Of a stretch of DNA of 64,000 nt, positions 20,824-30,058 are shown piece after piece. The translations under genes and the position numbers were made by a program. Each line of letters starts with the position of its first letter. The stretch's first letter is position 1. Origin of the DNA: Candidatus Hadarchaeota archaeon (lineage in GTDB: Archaea > CAYQAE01 > CAYVLA01); contig CAYVLA010000005.1 in the NCBI GenBank assembly GCA_964452145.1, forward strand, positions 1 to 64,000. The letters run 5' to 3'. The notes under the pieces are model-generated. The model had not been told where the DNA came from. It saw only the letters and a list, made by a program, of their open reading frames with translations, and did no database searches.

Positions 20824-21861
20824 ATGGGACTGTTCGGCGGCTTCAAGTCAAGGCTCTCTGGCAAACCCACGTTGGAACAGTTTGAGAGGAAGACGATCGG
20901 CCTCCCGCCGCAGGAGGCGGCGACGAACTGGGCCGAGTTCGCAAGAGATCACGAAGAACTGAAGCCCGACGATGCGATGTATGGTTATCGGAGAGCTGCT
21001 GCCCTATTCAGACAGCTCGGGGACACGAAGCAGTTCTTGGAGCAATCGCTCAACTATGCCAAGGCTGCTGAGAGGGTTCCCAACTACTCCGTCGCAGGGG
21101 ACGGCTACAAGGTTGTTGCAGATAGCGCGGAGGAGTCTCCTGAGCAGTACTACTCCAAGGCCGGCGAGAACTACCACAATGCCGGGGCGGAGGCAGAGGG
21201 GGACAGACGCACGACCCTGGCCTGCGACATGTACGCAGCGGCGGCGGAGTCCTTCGAAAAGGCGCACGACTATCAGAAGGCCATCGACGACTACCTCAGA
21301 TCAACCGCCATCAGCGAGAGGAAGAAGCATCTTATCCGGGTGGCGAGGGACTATGGCAAGGTGGCCGAGAACTACCTGAGGCTGAAGGACTTCGCGAAGG
21401 CGGCGGAGTACTTCCTCAAGCACGCCGAGGCCGAGACGAGCCGGGCACACGTCGCCTACAGCGACGGATATGCTAGGGCGGGCGATGCTTATGTCCGTGC
21501 AGGCAGCTTGAGTTCGGCGGCCGAGGCCTACCTGAAGCATGCCGAGTTCTCCAGCGAACCCGCATACGGGTACAGGAACGCAGCACAGTGTTACCAGAAG
21601 CTCGGCGACATTGACAAAGCGGTGGAGCTCTACATGATGGAGGTTGACGACGACATCTCCAAGGGACGCTTCTTCGTTGCCTCTGAGATCCTGAGGATGG
21701 CCAAGGCGATCGCCAAGGACAAGTCCCTCGTCGAGGCAAAGGCGGGTGGTCTGAAGCCTTTCCCCGGCATGGAGAAGGCCGCCTCCTCGTTCAGGAAGAC
21801 CCTCAAAGCCGAGCTGGAACGAAAGGGGCTCTCCGCCGAGGCTGCTTCTCTGGGCGCCTAG
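20824..21861 (+). CDS. TPR/SNAP-like alpha-solenoid repeat protein
   Basis: Many A..Y..AA..Y/F repeats (e.g. DFAKAAEYFLKHAE, LSSAAEAYLKHAE); N-terminal MGLFGGF. Confidence 0.8.
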   Translation: MGLFGGFKSRLSGKPTLEQFERKTIGLPPQEAATNWAEFARDHEELKPDDAMYGYRRAAALFRQLGDTKQFLEQSLNYAKAAERVPNYSVAGDGYKVVADSAEESPEQYYSKAGENYHNAGAEAEGDRRTTLACDMYAAAAESFEKAHDYQKAIDDYLRSTAISERKKHLIRVARDYGKVAENYLRLKDFAKAAEYFLKHAEAETSRAHVAYSDGYARAGDAYVRAGSLSSAAEAYLKHAEFSSEPAYGYRNAAQCYQKLGDIDKAVELYMMEVDDDISKGRFFVASEILRMAKAIAKDKSLVEAKAGGLKPFPGMEKAASSFRKTLKAELERKGLSAEAASLGA

Positions 21862-21882
21862 TGCGCTTGCCGTGGTGTCGCA

Positions 21883-22983
21883 GTGAACCGATTCAGCCTG
21901 AGACGGTACCTGAGGCCCGCCAGAGTATTCCTGATCGCGGTCCTGATCGGGCTCCTGCTTGGGCTGACCCTTCGGTTCGCTGCTAGGCCGGTCCTCCGTG
22001 TGCTTGAGCAAGCGCTTTACTTCAGGATAACCAAGCCACTGGAGATCATCCAGGGACCCCTATCCGGGATCATGGGCACCGAGGAAGCGGTGACCGCCCT
22101 TTATCTACTGGTTAACAACATCATCGTCTCATTCGTAGCCGCCTTCGGAGGGGTCGCCCTGATCCGCTACACCATGGATCCTGGAGAGGAATCCCTCCGG
22201 CGCACCGGTCGCTTGACCAACGCCTTCTACAGGCTTGTCGGCGAGGGCAACCCCACCTACAAGGAGCCGTCCGTGCTCGTCTTCCTTCTTCCCCTAGCCG
22301 TCGTTTTCGTCAATGGCCTCATCCTGGGAATCTTCTCCGTTTCTCAGGGACTCAGCTGGAAGGAGATGTCCGTGTACTTCGCCTACATATTGCCCCATGG
22401 TATCATCGAGCTGCCGGCCGTCGTCTTTGCTGCCACGATCGGCTACGCCAGCGCGGTGCAACTCAAGCTCAGGCTGGACGAGGGCAGCATTCAGGGCTTC
22501 TTCGACCATGCCCGGGAACTCCTCACCGGATGGAGGACTTGGCGCCTCTTCGTACTCGTGATTGTGATGCTGGTTTCCGCCGCCTTCGTAGAGGCCTACA
22601 TCACGCCGGTCTTGGGCAGGAACGCACTCCAACGAGCCTACTTCTCCTTGGAGATGCTGAACTCCTCGGTTGCCGAAGGTGAGCCCGCCTTCCTCTACCT
22701 CCGAGCCGCGTTCGGCTCCACGATAGCCTTCAGCGGGGATTCAGGCGAACCTCTGGATGTCCAGCTCTTCGGCAGCGATCGCTTCCCATTCCTCGTGGAG
22801 GGTTCCCGTCTGCCGGCCAATCGTACGGCTCTCGCATCCCGCATTCAGATCCCCGACGAAGAAGCAGTGTTGGTGCTGAAGTTCGCCGCGATTACCCCAG
22901 CCCCGGCGCGCATTCATGCCGTGGCCGAGCGCGGCAGACTTAGGGACGAAGCATCCCTCGTGATCACGACCCCCAGCCACTAG
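21883..22983 (+). CDS. Stage II sporulation protein M (SpoIIM/DUF95)-like membrane protein with C-terminal beta domain
   Basis: LLVNN, NGLILG, ILPHGIIELPA and AAFVEAYITP motifs. Confidence 0.85.
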   Translation: MNRFSLRRYLRPARVFLIAVLIGLLLGLTLRFAARPVLRVLEQALYFRITKPLEIIQGPLSGIMGTEEAVTALYLLVNNIIVSFVAAFGGVALIRYTMDPGEESLRRTGRLTNAFYRLVGEGNPTYKEPSVLVFLLPLAVVFVNGLILGIFSVSQGLSWKEMSVYFAYILPHGIIELPAVVFAATIGYASAVQLKLRLDEGSIQGFFDHARELLTGWRTWRLFVLVIVMLVSAAFVEAYITPVLGRNALQRAYFSLEMLNSSVAEGEPAFLYLRAAFGSTIAFSGDSGEPLDVQLFGSDRFPFLVEGSRLPANRTALASRIQIPDEEAVLVLKFAAITPAPARIHAVAERGRLRDEASLVITTPSH

Positions 22984-23120
22984 CCGCCGAGCGAAACCCC
23001 CACGCTCATCTCAAGCCGCCAAGTAAGACTTAATAGCGGGGAATTCGAGGACGTGTCGTCGGCGGGACGGCGGAGGTCCGACGTCGAGCCGATCAAAGGA
23101 AGGCAGCTTGCGGCCAACCC

Positions 23121-23415
23121 GGTGGGCTAGGCGGGAGGCTAGGCGTCTCCTGTGACCCGAAATCGTCTATACGCGGGGCTGAGGGCCCTGGGGCGGTCCG
23201 GCTGTGATGCGCAGGGCCCGAGTTCTGAACGTTGACTCCCCGTCCCTCAGGGTCGGCGGATGCGGAGCCCCCTTTGTAGGAAGGAGGTAACCGCGTTTGC
23301 TCCCCGAACCCCACCAGGCCGGGAACGGAGCAGTGGTAGGGAAGACGTGCGGCGCTTGAGGGGGCACGAGGACGAGGTAAGGCTCGGTCAACCCACGTGT
23401 CACAACGGGCCCACC
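23121..23415 (+). ncRNA. ffs: Archaeal signal recognition particle RNA (7S)
   Basis: Terminal helix GGTGGGC/GCCCACC; Alu-like 5' region; helix 6 CCTTT-GTAG-GAAGG; helix 8 CCAGGCCG-GGAA-CGGAGCAG at about 23314-23333; length about 295 nt. Confidence 0.93.
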
Positions 23416-23464
23416 CTTGGCGGTTCATCGGGGTCAAAGCAGGCTGCTGTGAGGATGGATGAGC

Positions 23465-25052
23465 ATGTGGAGGGACGGGGTTCTACGTCTCTGACTATAA
23501 CAACCGTGCTCTGGAGAGGACTGGCCTCCCTGAGCGAGTAGCCATATTCGACACAACCTTGAGGGATGGCGAGCAGACGCCGGGAGTCTCCCTAACGGCG
23601 GATGAGAAGATCCGCATCGCTTCTGCCCTGAACGATCTGGGTGTGAACACGATAGAAGCCGGCTTCCCGGCCACTTCGGAGGGCGAGACCCGAGCCATTG
23701 CCGAGATAGCGGGGCTGGGGCTGAGATCCGAGATCTGTGCATTGGCCCGATCCAGCAGACATGACATCGACTTGGCTTTGAACACGGGTGTGGGCTGTAT
23801 CCACACTTTCATCGCCACCTCTGATATTCACCTGCAACACAAGCTGAAGATGACCCGGGAACAGGTGGTTGAAAAGGCTGTGGACGGCGTGACGTACGCC
23901 AAGGACCACGGGGTGGCCGTGGAGTTCTCTGCCGAGGATGCCACTAGGACCGAGCTGGATTATCTCCGGACGGTACTGATGTCCGCCCAGGAGGCAGGGG
24001 CCGACAGGATCAACGTTCCCGACACGGTCGGTGTGATTATACCGCGGGCCATGGGATATCTCGTGGGTAGGATCGCCGAGGTGGTGAAGATCCCCATCTC
24101 GGTTCACTGTCACAACGACTTCGGCATGGCGGCGGCCAACTCGTTGGCCGCCGTCGAGATGGGCGCGACGCAGGTGCATGTGACGATCAATGGCCTGGGA
24201 GAAAGGGCGGGGAACGCCTCTTTGGAGGAGGTCGTCATGTCCCTGCACTCGTTCTACAACGTCAAGACGAACATAGTGACCCAAAGAATCTATCCTACCT
24301 CTCAGCTTGTGTCCAGGCTGACCGGGATACCGGTTCAGCCCAACAAGGCCATCGTTGGCGAGAACGCCTTCGCGCACGAATCGGGAATCCACGTGCACGG
24401 CGTCTTGGGCGCCGCGGCCACATACGAGCCCTTGACTCCCGAGATTGTTGGAAACACAAGGCGGATAGTCCTCGGCAAGCATACCGGGGTGCATGCCATC
24501 GGAGTCAAGCTCGGTGAGATCGGGATAAAGGCAACGGAGGAACAGATGGGAGAGATCTCCCATCGAATTAAGAGGATCGGCGACATGGGCAAGAGGATCA
24601 CCGATGCGGATCTCACGGCCATCGCCGAGGCCGTGATAGGCAAAGTCTCCCAGGACAAACGCACCCTGGAGCTGAGCAACTTCACCGTTGTGACAGGTGA
24701 CAGAACGATCCCCACTGCCTCGCTCGCCCTCGTCGTCGACGGAAGGCGAGTGGAAGGGTCCAGCATTGGAACCGGACCGGTCGACGCAGCCATTCGAACC
24801 ATCAAGGACGTAATCAAGGAGTTCGGCCGCATAGAGCTGAAGGAGTACCGCCTGGAGGCCATCACTGGTGGCAGCGACGCCGTGGCCGAGGTCACAGTCA
24901 AGGTCATGGACGACCTGGGCAATCTGACGACCGCTAGGGGGGTTAGCACCGACATAGTGATGGCCAGCGTGGAGGCCATGATAGAGGCCGTGAACAGACT
25001 CTTCGTCAGAAGGAAGAGCAGCCAGACCATAGGAGGAACGACTAGTGCCTGA
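23465..25052 (+). CDS. leuA: 2-isopropylmalate synthase (LeuA/CimA family); 5' end needs a +1 frameshift, a non-canonical start or an indel correction
   Basis: IFDTTLRDGEQTPG, HTFIATSDIH, HCHNDFG, GERAGN, HESGIH and the C-terminal regulatory domain (GTGPVDAA). Conserved residues extend upstream of the TTG at 23559. Confidence 0.88.
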
Positions 25053-26802
25053 GAGCATATCCGGCGCGGAGGCCCTGGTCAGGGCCTTGGAAGCTGAGAA
25101 GGTCAGACACATCTTCGGGATCCCCGGCGGGGCAATCTTGGACGTCTATGACAGACTCTACGATTCGAACATCAGACACATACTTGTAAGGCACGAGCAA
25201 GTCGCGGCCCACGCCGCAGACGGCTATGCACGGGCAAGTGGGGAAACCGGTGTCTGCTTCGCCACCTCCGGGCCCGGGGCAACCAACCTGACGACCGGGA
25301 TAGCCAACGCCTTCTACGACTCGGTGCCCGTAATCGCGGTGACCGGACAGGTGCCGACCAGGCTGGTGGGCAACGACTCCTTCCAGGAGGCGGACACCAT
25401 CGGGATCTTCATGCCGATAACAAAGTACAACGTCATGGTGAGATCGGGACGGGAGGTGCCGGAGGTTGTGAGGAAGGCGTTCCTTATCGCCAACAGCGGA
25501 AGGAAGGGACCGGTGCACATCGATCTGCCCAAGGATGCTCAGCAACAGAAAATCGAGTTCAGCTACCCGCCGGAGGTCAGCATGCTTAAGCGTCTATCAA
25601 GCCCCAAAGGCCATCCCAGACAGATCAGGAGGGCAGCGGAGGAACTGCTGAAGGCCGAGCGGCCCGTGATAATCTCCGGCGGGGGAGTCATCGCGGCCAG
25701 TGCCACCCGGGAGGTTGTCAGGCTGGCCGAGTCGCTGATGGCACCCGTCGGCGTTACTCTGATGGGAAAGGGGTCGTTTCCGGACAGCCATCCCCTTGCG
25801 TTGGGGATGTTCGGCATGCACGGGAGGAAGGTGGCCAATGACATCCTCAGCGATGCCGATGTGGTCCTCTCGGTCGGGATGAGGTTTGCCGACAGGGTCA
25901 CCGGGGACACCTCCACCTTCTGCGCCGGGGCTAGGATCGTTCACATAGACATCGACGCGGCCGAGATAGGCAAGAACGTGTCGGCCCACATCCCGATCGT
26001 GGGCGATGCCAAGCAGGTTCTGCAGAAGCTCAACACCGAGCTGGCGGCCCTGAAGCCGAGCAAGAAAACGGCCTATGGCGAGAGGATCAAGGAGTTCATC
26101 AGGGAGTGTGGCCGCTGCTCGGATTACGCCTACGACGAGAAGCCCATAAAGCCGCAAAGGGTCATGAAAGAGATAAACGCCCTTATCGATCGGGACACAA
26201 TCGTGGTGACCGAGGTGGGGCAATGCCAGATGTGGAGCGCCCACTTCCTCAAGATAGACCATCCCAGGCGCTGGATATCCTCGGGAGGCCTGGGGACGAT
26301 GGGCTTCGGTTTCCCGGCCTCCATCGGGGCCAAAGTCGCCTGCCCGGAATGCAGGGTCCTCGACATCGCGGGAGACGGCAGCTTCCAGATGGTCCTCCAG
26401 GATCTGGCCACCTGCATCATCGAGAACATACCCGTGGTCATCTGTGTCATGGACAACCGCACCTTGGGGATGGTGTACCAATGGCAGCAGCTCTTCTACA
26501 ACAAGAGGGCTTCGGCCACGCTCTTGGATCATGCCGGGGTTGGAAAGGGAGGCTGCATGCCGGAGGTCCCGGACTTCGTCAAGGTCGCCGAAGCCTACGG
26601 GGCCAAGGGCGTGAAGGTGGACTCGCCAGGCGAGGTGGGGACGGCGCTGAAGGAGGCCCTTGGCAGCGACATTGTGACCGTCGTCGACATAAAGATCGAC
26701 AAGGACGAGCATGCCCTACCGATGGTTAGGGCGGGCGGGTCGATATCCAAGATGATCCTCTCCGAAAGGTGCGGGGCCGAACCCTACACGTACAGGTGTT
26801 GA
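25045..26802 (+). CDS. ilvB: Acetolactate synthase large subunit
   Basis: FGIPGG, RHEQ, ATSGPGATN, FQEAD, SGGLGTMGFGFP and the GDGSF..N TPP motif. Confidence 0.97.
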   Translation: MPESISGAEALVRALEAEKVRHIFGIPGGAILDVYDRLYDSNIRHILVRHEQVAAHAADGYARASGETGVCFATSGPGATNLTTGIANAFYDSVPVIAVTGQVPTRLVGNDSFQEADTIGIFMPITKYNVMVRSGREVPEVVRKAFLIANSGRKGPVHIDLPKDAQQQKIEFSYPPEVSMLKRLSSPKGHPRQIRRAAEELLKAERPVIISGGGVIAASATREVVRLAESLMAPVGVTLMGKGSFPDSHPLALGMFGMHGRKVANDILSDADVVLSVGMRFADRVTGDTSTFCAGARIVHIDIDAAEIGKNVSAHIPIVGDAKQVLQKLNTELAALKPSKKTAYGERIKEFIRECGRCSDYAYDEKPIKPQRVMKEINALIDRDTIVVTEVGQCQMWSAHFLKIDHPRRWISSGGLGTMGFGFPASIGAKVACPECRVLDIAGDGSFQMVLQDLATCIIENIPVVICVMDNRTLGMVYQWQQLFYNKRASATLLDHAGVGKGGCMPEVPDFVKVAEAYGAKGVKVDSPGEVGTALKEALGSDIVTVVDIKIDKDEHALPMVRAGGSISKMILSERCGAEPYTYRC

Positions 26803-27320
26803 TGGACATGGAGAAAACCCACATAATCGCCGCCCTGGTCGAGAACAGGCCTGGGGTCCTCCACAGGATAGCAGGACTGTTCAGCCGCAGAGGCTTCAAC
26901 ATAGAGTCCATAGCCGTCGGAGTCACCGAGAGAGAGGATGTTTCCCGGATGACCATAGTCGCCAGAGGCGATGAGAGAGTGCTGGAGCAGATAGAGAAGC
27001 AACTGAACAAGCAGGTCGACGTCATCAAGGTCTCAGACCTGGACAGGGACAACAGCGTCGTAAGGGAGCTTTGCCTTGTGAAGGTGGGCGCTCAGAACGA
27101 GCAGAGCAAGCTTCTGTTGATGAACTATGCCGAGGTCTTCAGGGCTAAGATCGTCGACGTCAACACGAATACTCTGACCTTCGAGATCACGGGCGATCAG
27201 CAGAAGGTCGAAGCACTGGTGGAACTCCTGAGGCCCCATGGCATCAGGGAGATGGCCAGAACCGGAACCGTTGCGATGGTAAGGGGACCGAAGTCAACCG
27301 AGGTGCCTGAAGTCAAGTAG
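26802..27320 (+). CDS. ilvH: Acetolactate synthase small subunit
   Basis: VENRPGVL.RIAGLFSRRGFNIES, KQLNKQVDVIKV and E.ARTG; TGATG overlap with ilvB. Confidence 0.96.
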   Translation: MDMEKTHIIAALVENRPGVLHRIAGLFSRRGFNIESIAVGVTEREDVSRMTIVARGDERVLEQIEKQLNKQVDVIKVSDLDRDNSVVRELCLVKVGAQNEQSKLLLMNYAEVFRAKIVDVNTNTLTFEITGDQQKVEALVELLRPHGIREMARTGTVAMVRGPKSTEVPEVK

Positions 27321-27440
27321 ATATGCGCTCGGATCGGGTGACTGTTCACAGCATCTCCGTCGGATTCACCGGACACCTCTCGTGCCCGGCGCGGTAGAAG
27401 ACATAAAGCCTTCAAGGCCTCAATGCCTTAGGGATATCCC

Positions 27441-28967
27441 ATGGCACACGTCGTGATGGTGGACGCCGATCGGGGCGTTTCCCAGATCAACCCGAACATA
27501 TACGGCCATTTCGTCGAACACTTGGGTGAGTGCATCTACGGAGGCATCTGGGTCGGCGCCGATTCGTCGATTGACAACGTAAATGGGATTCGGAGGGATG
27601 TCATCGAGGCCCTGCGCAAGGTACAGCCCCCCGTCGTTCGCTGGCCGGGCGGTGCCTTCGCCGACGACTACCATTGGCAGGATGGCATCGGTCCACGGGA
27701 AGGCAGGCCGAGGCGAGTAAACGCTCACTGGGGTGGAGTGATCGAAGACAACCAGTTCGGGGCCCACGAGTTCCTCGACTTCTGCTACCGGATAGGGGCT
27801 CAGCCCTACATCTGCGGGAACGTGGGCAGCGGAACGGTGCGGGAGATGAGGGACTGGCTGGAGTACCTCAACTTCGAGGGTGACTCCTCTTTGACAAGGC
27901 TACGGGCCGAGAACGGCCATCCGGAACCGTTCAACGTCAGGTACTTCGGAATCGGGAACGAGAACTGGGGATGCGGAGGCAACATGACGCCCGAGCTCTA
28001 CGCCGGTTTGGTCCGTCAGCACTCAAGCTACGCCTTCTTTGGCTCCGGGCTGCGTAGGATAGCTTGCGGTCCTGCCGGTGTCAATGCCACCTGGACCCAG
28101 AGGTTCTTCCAAGCTCTCTGTGATCCCGATCCGTCCTTCTGCAGGACGGGGCTCATCCAAGGCTTTGCTGTGCATTACTACTGTGGCACGGCAGGAACCG
28201 CCATCGACTACACCGACGACCAGTGGTATCAGCTTCTTCACCAGGCCATCGCGGTTGAGGCCATAGCGATCAGGAACCGGGCCATCATGGATGGCTTCGA
28301 TCCCGAGAGGAGGATCGACCTGGTCGTCGACGAATGGGGCACCTGGCACCTTCCCATGGAGGGCACCAACCCGCACTTCCTCAAGCAGCAGAGCACCATG
28401 CGGGACGCGCTCGTTGCGGCCCTGACGCTGGACATATACAACCGTCACTCGGACAAGGTCGCCATGGCCAACATCGCCCAGACCGTCAATGTGCTGCAGG
28501 CCCTGATTCTGACTCACGGGAAGGATATGCTTCTCACGCCAACCTACCATGTCTACGAGATGTACTCACCCCACCAGGGCGGGCAATCCCTGCCCTGTCG
28601 CGTCTCGACGGATCGGATCTGGTTCGACTCGCCCCAGGGCCGAAAGTCTGTTCCGAGGCTTGCCGGCTCGTGCTCGAGGAAAGGGAATGCGGTAACGCTG
28701 ACCCTTGTCAACACCCACGTGTCAGAGGCAGCCGAGGTCGAGGTCGAATTCCGGGGCGCAGGGATAGCCCAATTGGATGGTTGGCGTGTGTTGGCCAGCG
28801 ACGACATCCACGACCACAATACGTTCCGCGAGCCCGACCAAGTCAAGCCTCGCCTCGAAGATGGGGCGTCCGGGATCGTGCTCCCGCCCGCCTCGGTTAA
28901 CGTGCTCACATACGGGATGGGAAACGGAAGCAGCTCGCGGGGCGCGATGGCCGGCTCGTTACGATGA
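27441..28967 (+). CDS. Alpha-L-arabinofuranosidase (GH51)
   Basis: YGHFVEHLG.CIYGGIW, RWPGG.FAD.YHW.DGIGP, GNENWGCGGNM, DEWGTW and NIAQTVNVLQ. Confidence 0.95.
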   Translation: MAHVVMVDADRGVSQINPNIYGHFVEHLGECIYGGIWVGADSSIDNVNGIRRDVIEALRKVQPPVVRWPGGAFADDYHWQDGIGPREGRPRRVNAHWGGVIEDNQFGAHEFLDFCYRIGAQPYICGNVGSGTVREMRDWLEYLNFEGDSSLTRLRAENGHPEPFNVRYFGIGNENWGCGGNMTPELYAGLVRQHSSYAFFGSGLRRIACGPAGVNATWTQRFFQALCDPDPSFCRTGLIQGFAVHYYCGTAGTAIDYTDDQWYQLLHQAIAVEAIAIRNRAIMDGFDPERRIDLVVDEWGTWHLPMEGTNPHFLKQQSTMRDALVAALTLDIYNRHSDKVAMANIAQTVNVLQALILTHGKDMLLTPTYHVYEMYSPHQGGQSLPCRVSTDRIWFDSPQGRKSVPRLAGSCSRKGNAVTLTLVNTHVSEAAEVEVEFRGAGIAQLDGWRVLASDDIHDHNTFREPDQVKPRLEDGASGIVLPPASVNVLTYGMGNGSSSRGAMAGSLR

Positions 28968-29237
28968 TCGGAGTCGGGCATATCATCTGTCACCCGAGAC
29001 GATCAACCCCAAGCCGTGCCGAGAATGTGCAGAAAGGCCACCAAGGCTGGCTCCGACTTTCTCGGGTCAGTGCTGCGACCACCACCCAGTGCGATAGGTA
29101 ACACATATGTTTGTACCCAGCCGCGGGGCACCGGGTCACCATGGCCTCGGAAGGATCCGATTCGCAAGGATTCCGTCCGAGCCCAAGGAGGCCGTGTAAG
29201 AGCCGGGCATGATTCCGGCATGAGGTGGTGGGTGAAT

Positions 29238-30032
29238 ATGGAGACGGGCCTTGGTGGCAAGGCCGCATTGGTCACGGGAGGGGGAAGCGGCATCGGGCGG
29301 GCCATAGCCTTGGCTCTGGCTAGGGAAGGCGCAAACGTGGTGATCGCCAGTCGAAATCCCGACCCGAAGACGGTGGATCAGATAACCGCCTGCGGTGTTC
29401 ATTCCGTTGCACTGTCTGCGGATGTCAGCAAAGAGGATCAGGTCATCAGCATGGTGGAGCGGACGATCCAGTTCTTGGGAGGCCTTGATCTGTACGTGAA
29501 CAATGCTGCTGTTCACTGGGACGAGCCGGTGACCCGAATAACCTCCGAGGCATGGTGCAGAACCATGGACACCAATCTGTCTGCCTGTGCATGGGCCTGC
29601 CGCGAGGTATCTCGCCATTTCATCTCCCAAGGACGGGGCAGCATCCTGATCGTTGGTTCCACGTGCACCGTAGCACCGCTGCACAGGGAAGCTGCCTACC
29701 GCTCGTCCAAGGCCGGGCTCAAGGCCTACATGGAGGTCTTGGCCGTGGAGCTGGCTCCCTTCAGGATCAGGGTCAACATGCTGACCCCTGGATATTTCCA
29801 CACCAGTCTTTCAGCCCACCTCGGCGCCAAAGGTGAGGCTATGGTGTTGGACACGATTCCCCTGGGACGAGCCGGAGAACCCGAACCTGATATAGGACCC
29901 GCAGCGCTCTTCCTGCTCTCCGACGTGCTCAGCCCGTACACCACGGGAGCCGAGCTTGTGGTGGATGGCGGATACAGCCTGAGGCCCCCTCCCTACTACA
30001 CGAAGGCGGAGATCAGCCAGATGAACCTGTGA
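29238..30032 (+). CDS. SDR family oxidoreductase
   Basis: TGGGSGIG, VNNAA, YRSSK and IRVNMLTPG. Confidence 0.92.
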   Translation: METGLGGKAALVTGGGSGIGRAIALALAREGANVVIASRNPDPKTVDQITACGVHSVALSADVSKEDQVISMVERTIQFLGGLDLYVNNAAVHWDEPVTRITSEAWCRTMDTNLSACAWACREVSRHFISQGRGSILIVGSTCTVAPLHREAAYRSSKAGLKAYMEVLAVELAPFRIRVNMLTPGYFHTSLSAHLGAKGEAMVLDTIPLGRAGEPEPDIGPAALFLLSDVLSPYTTGAELVVDGGYSLRPPPYYTKAEISQMNL

Positions 30033-30058
30033 CGCTGCGGTCCTCCTGCCCAGAAAAC

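Noticed and set aside
12416..26712. Long antisense ORFs (e.g. 12416-13408, 13595-14632, 15349-16308, 23592-25112, 25597-26712)
   Set aside because: These are shadow frames opposite dnaJ, dnaK, grpE, leuA and ilvB, expected from GC-rich codon bias, and show no motifs.
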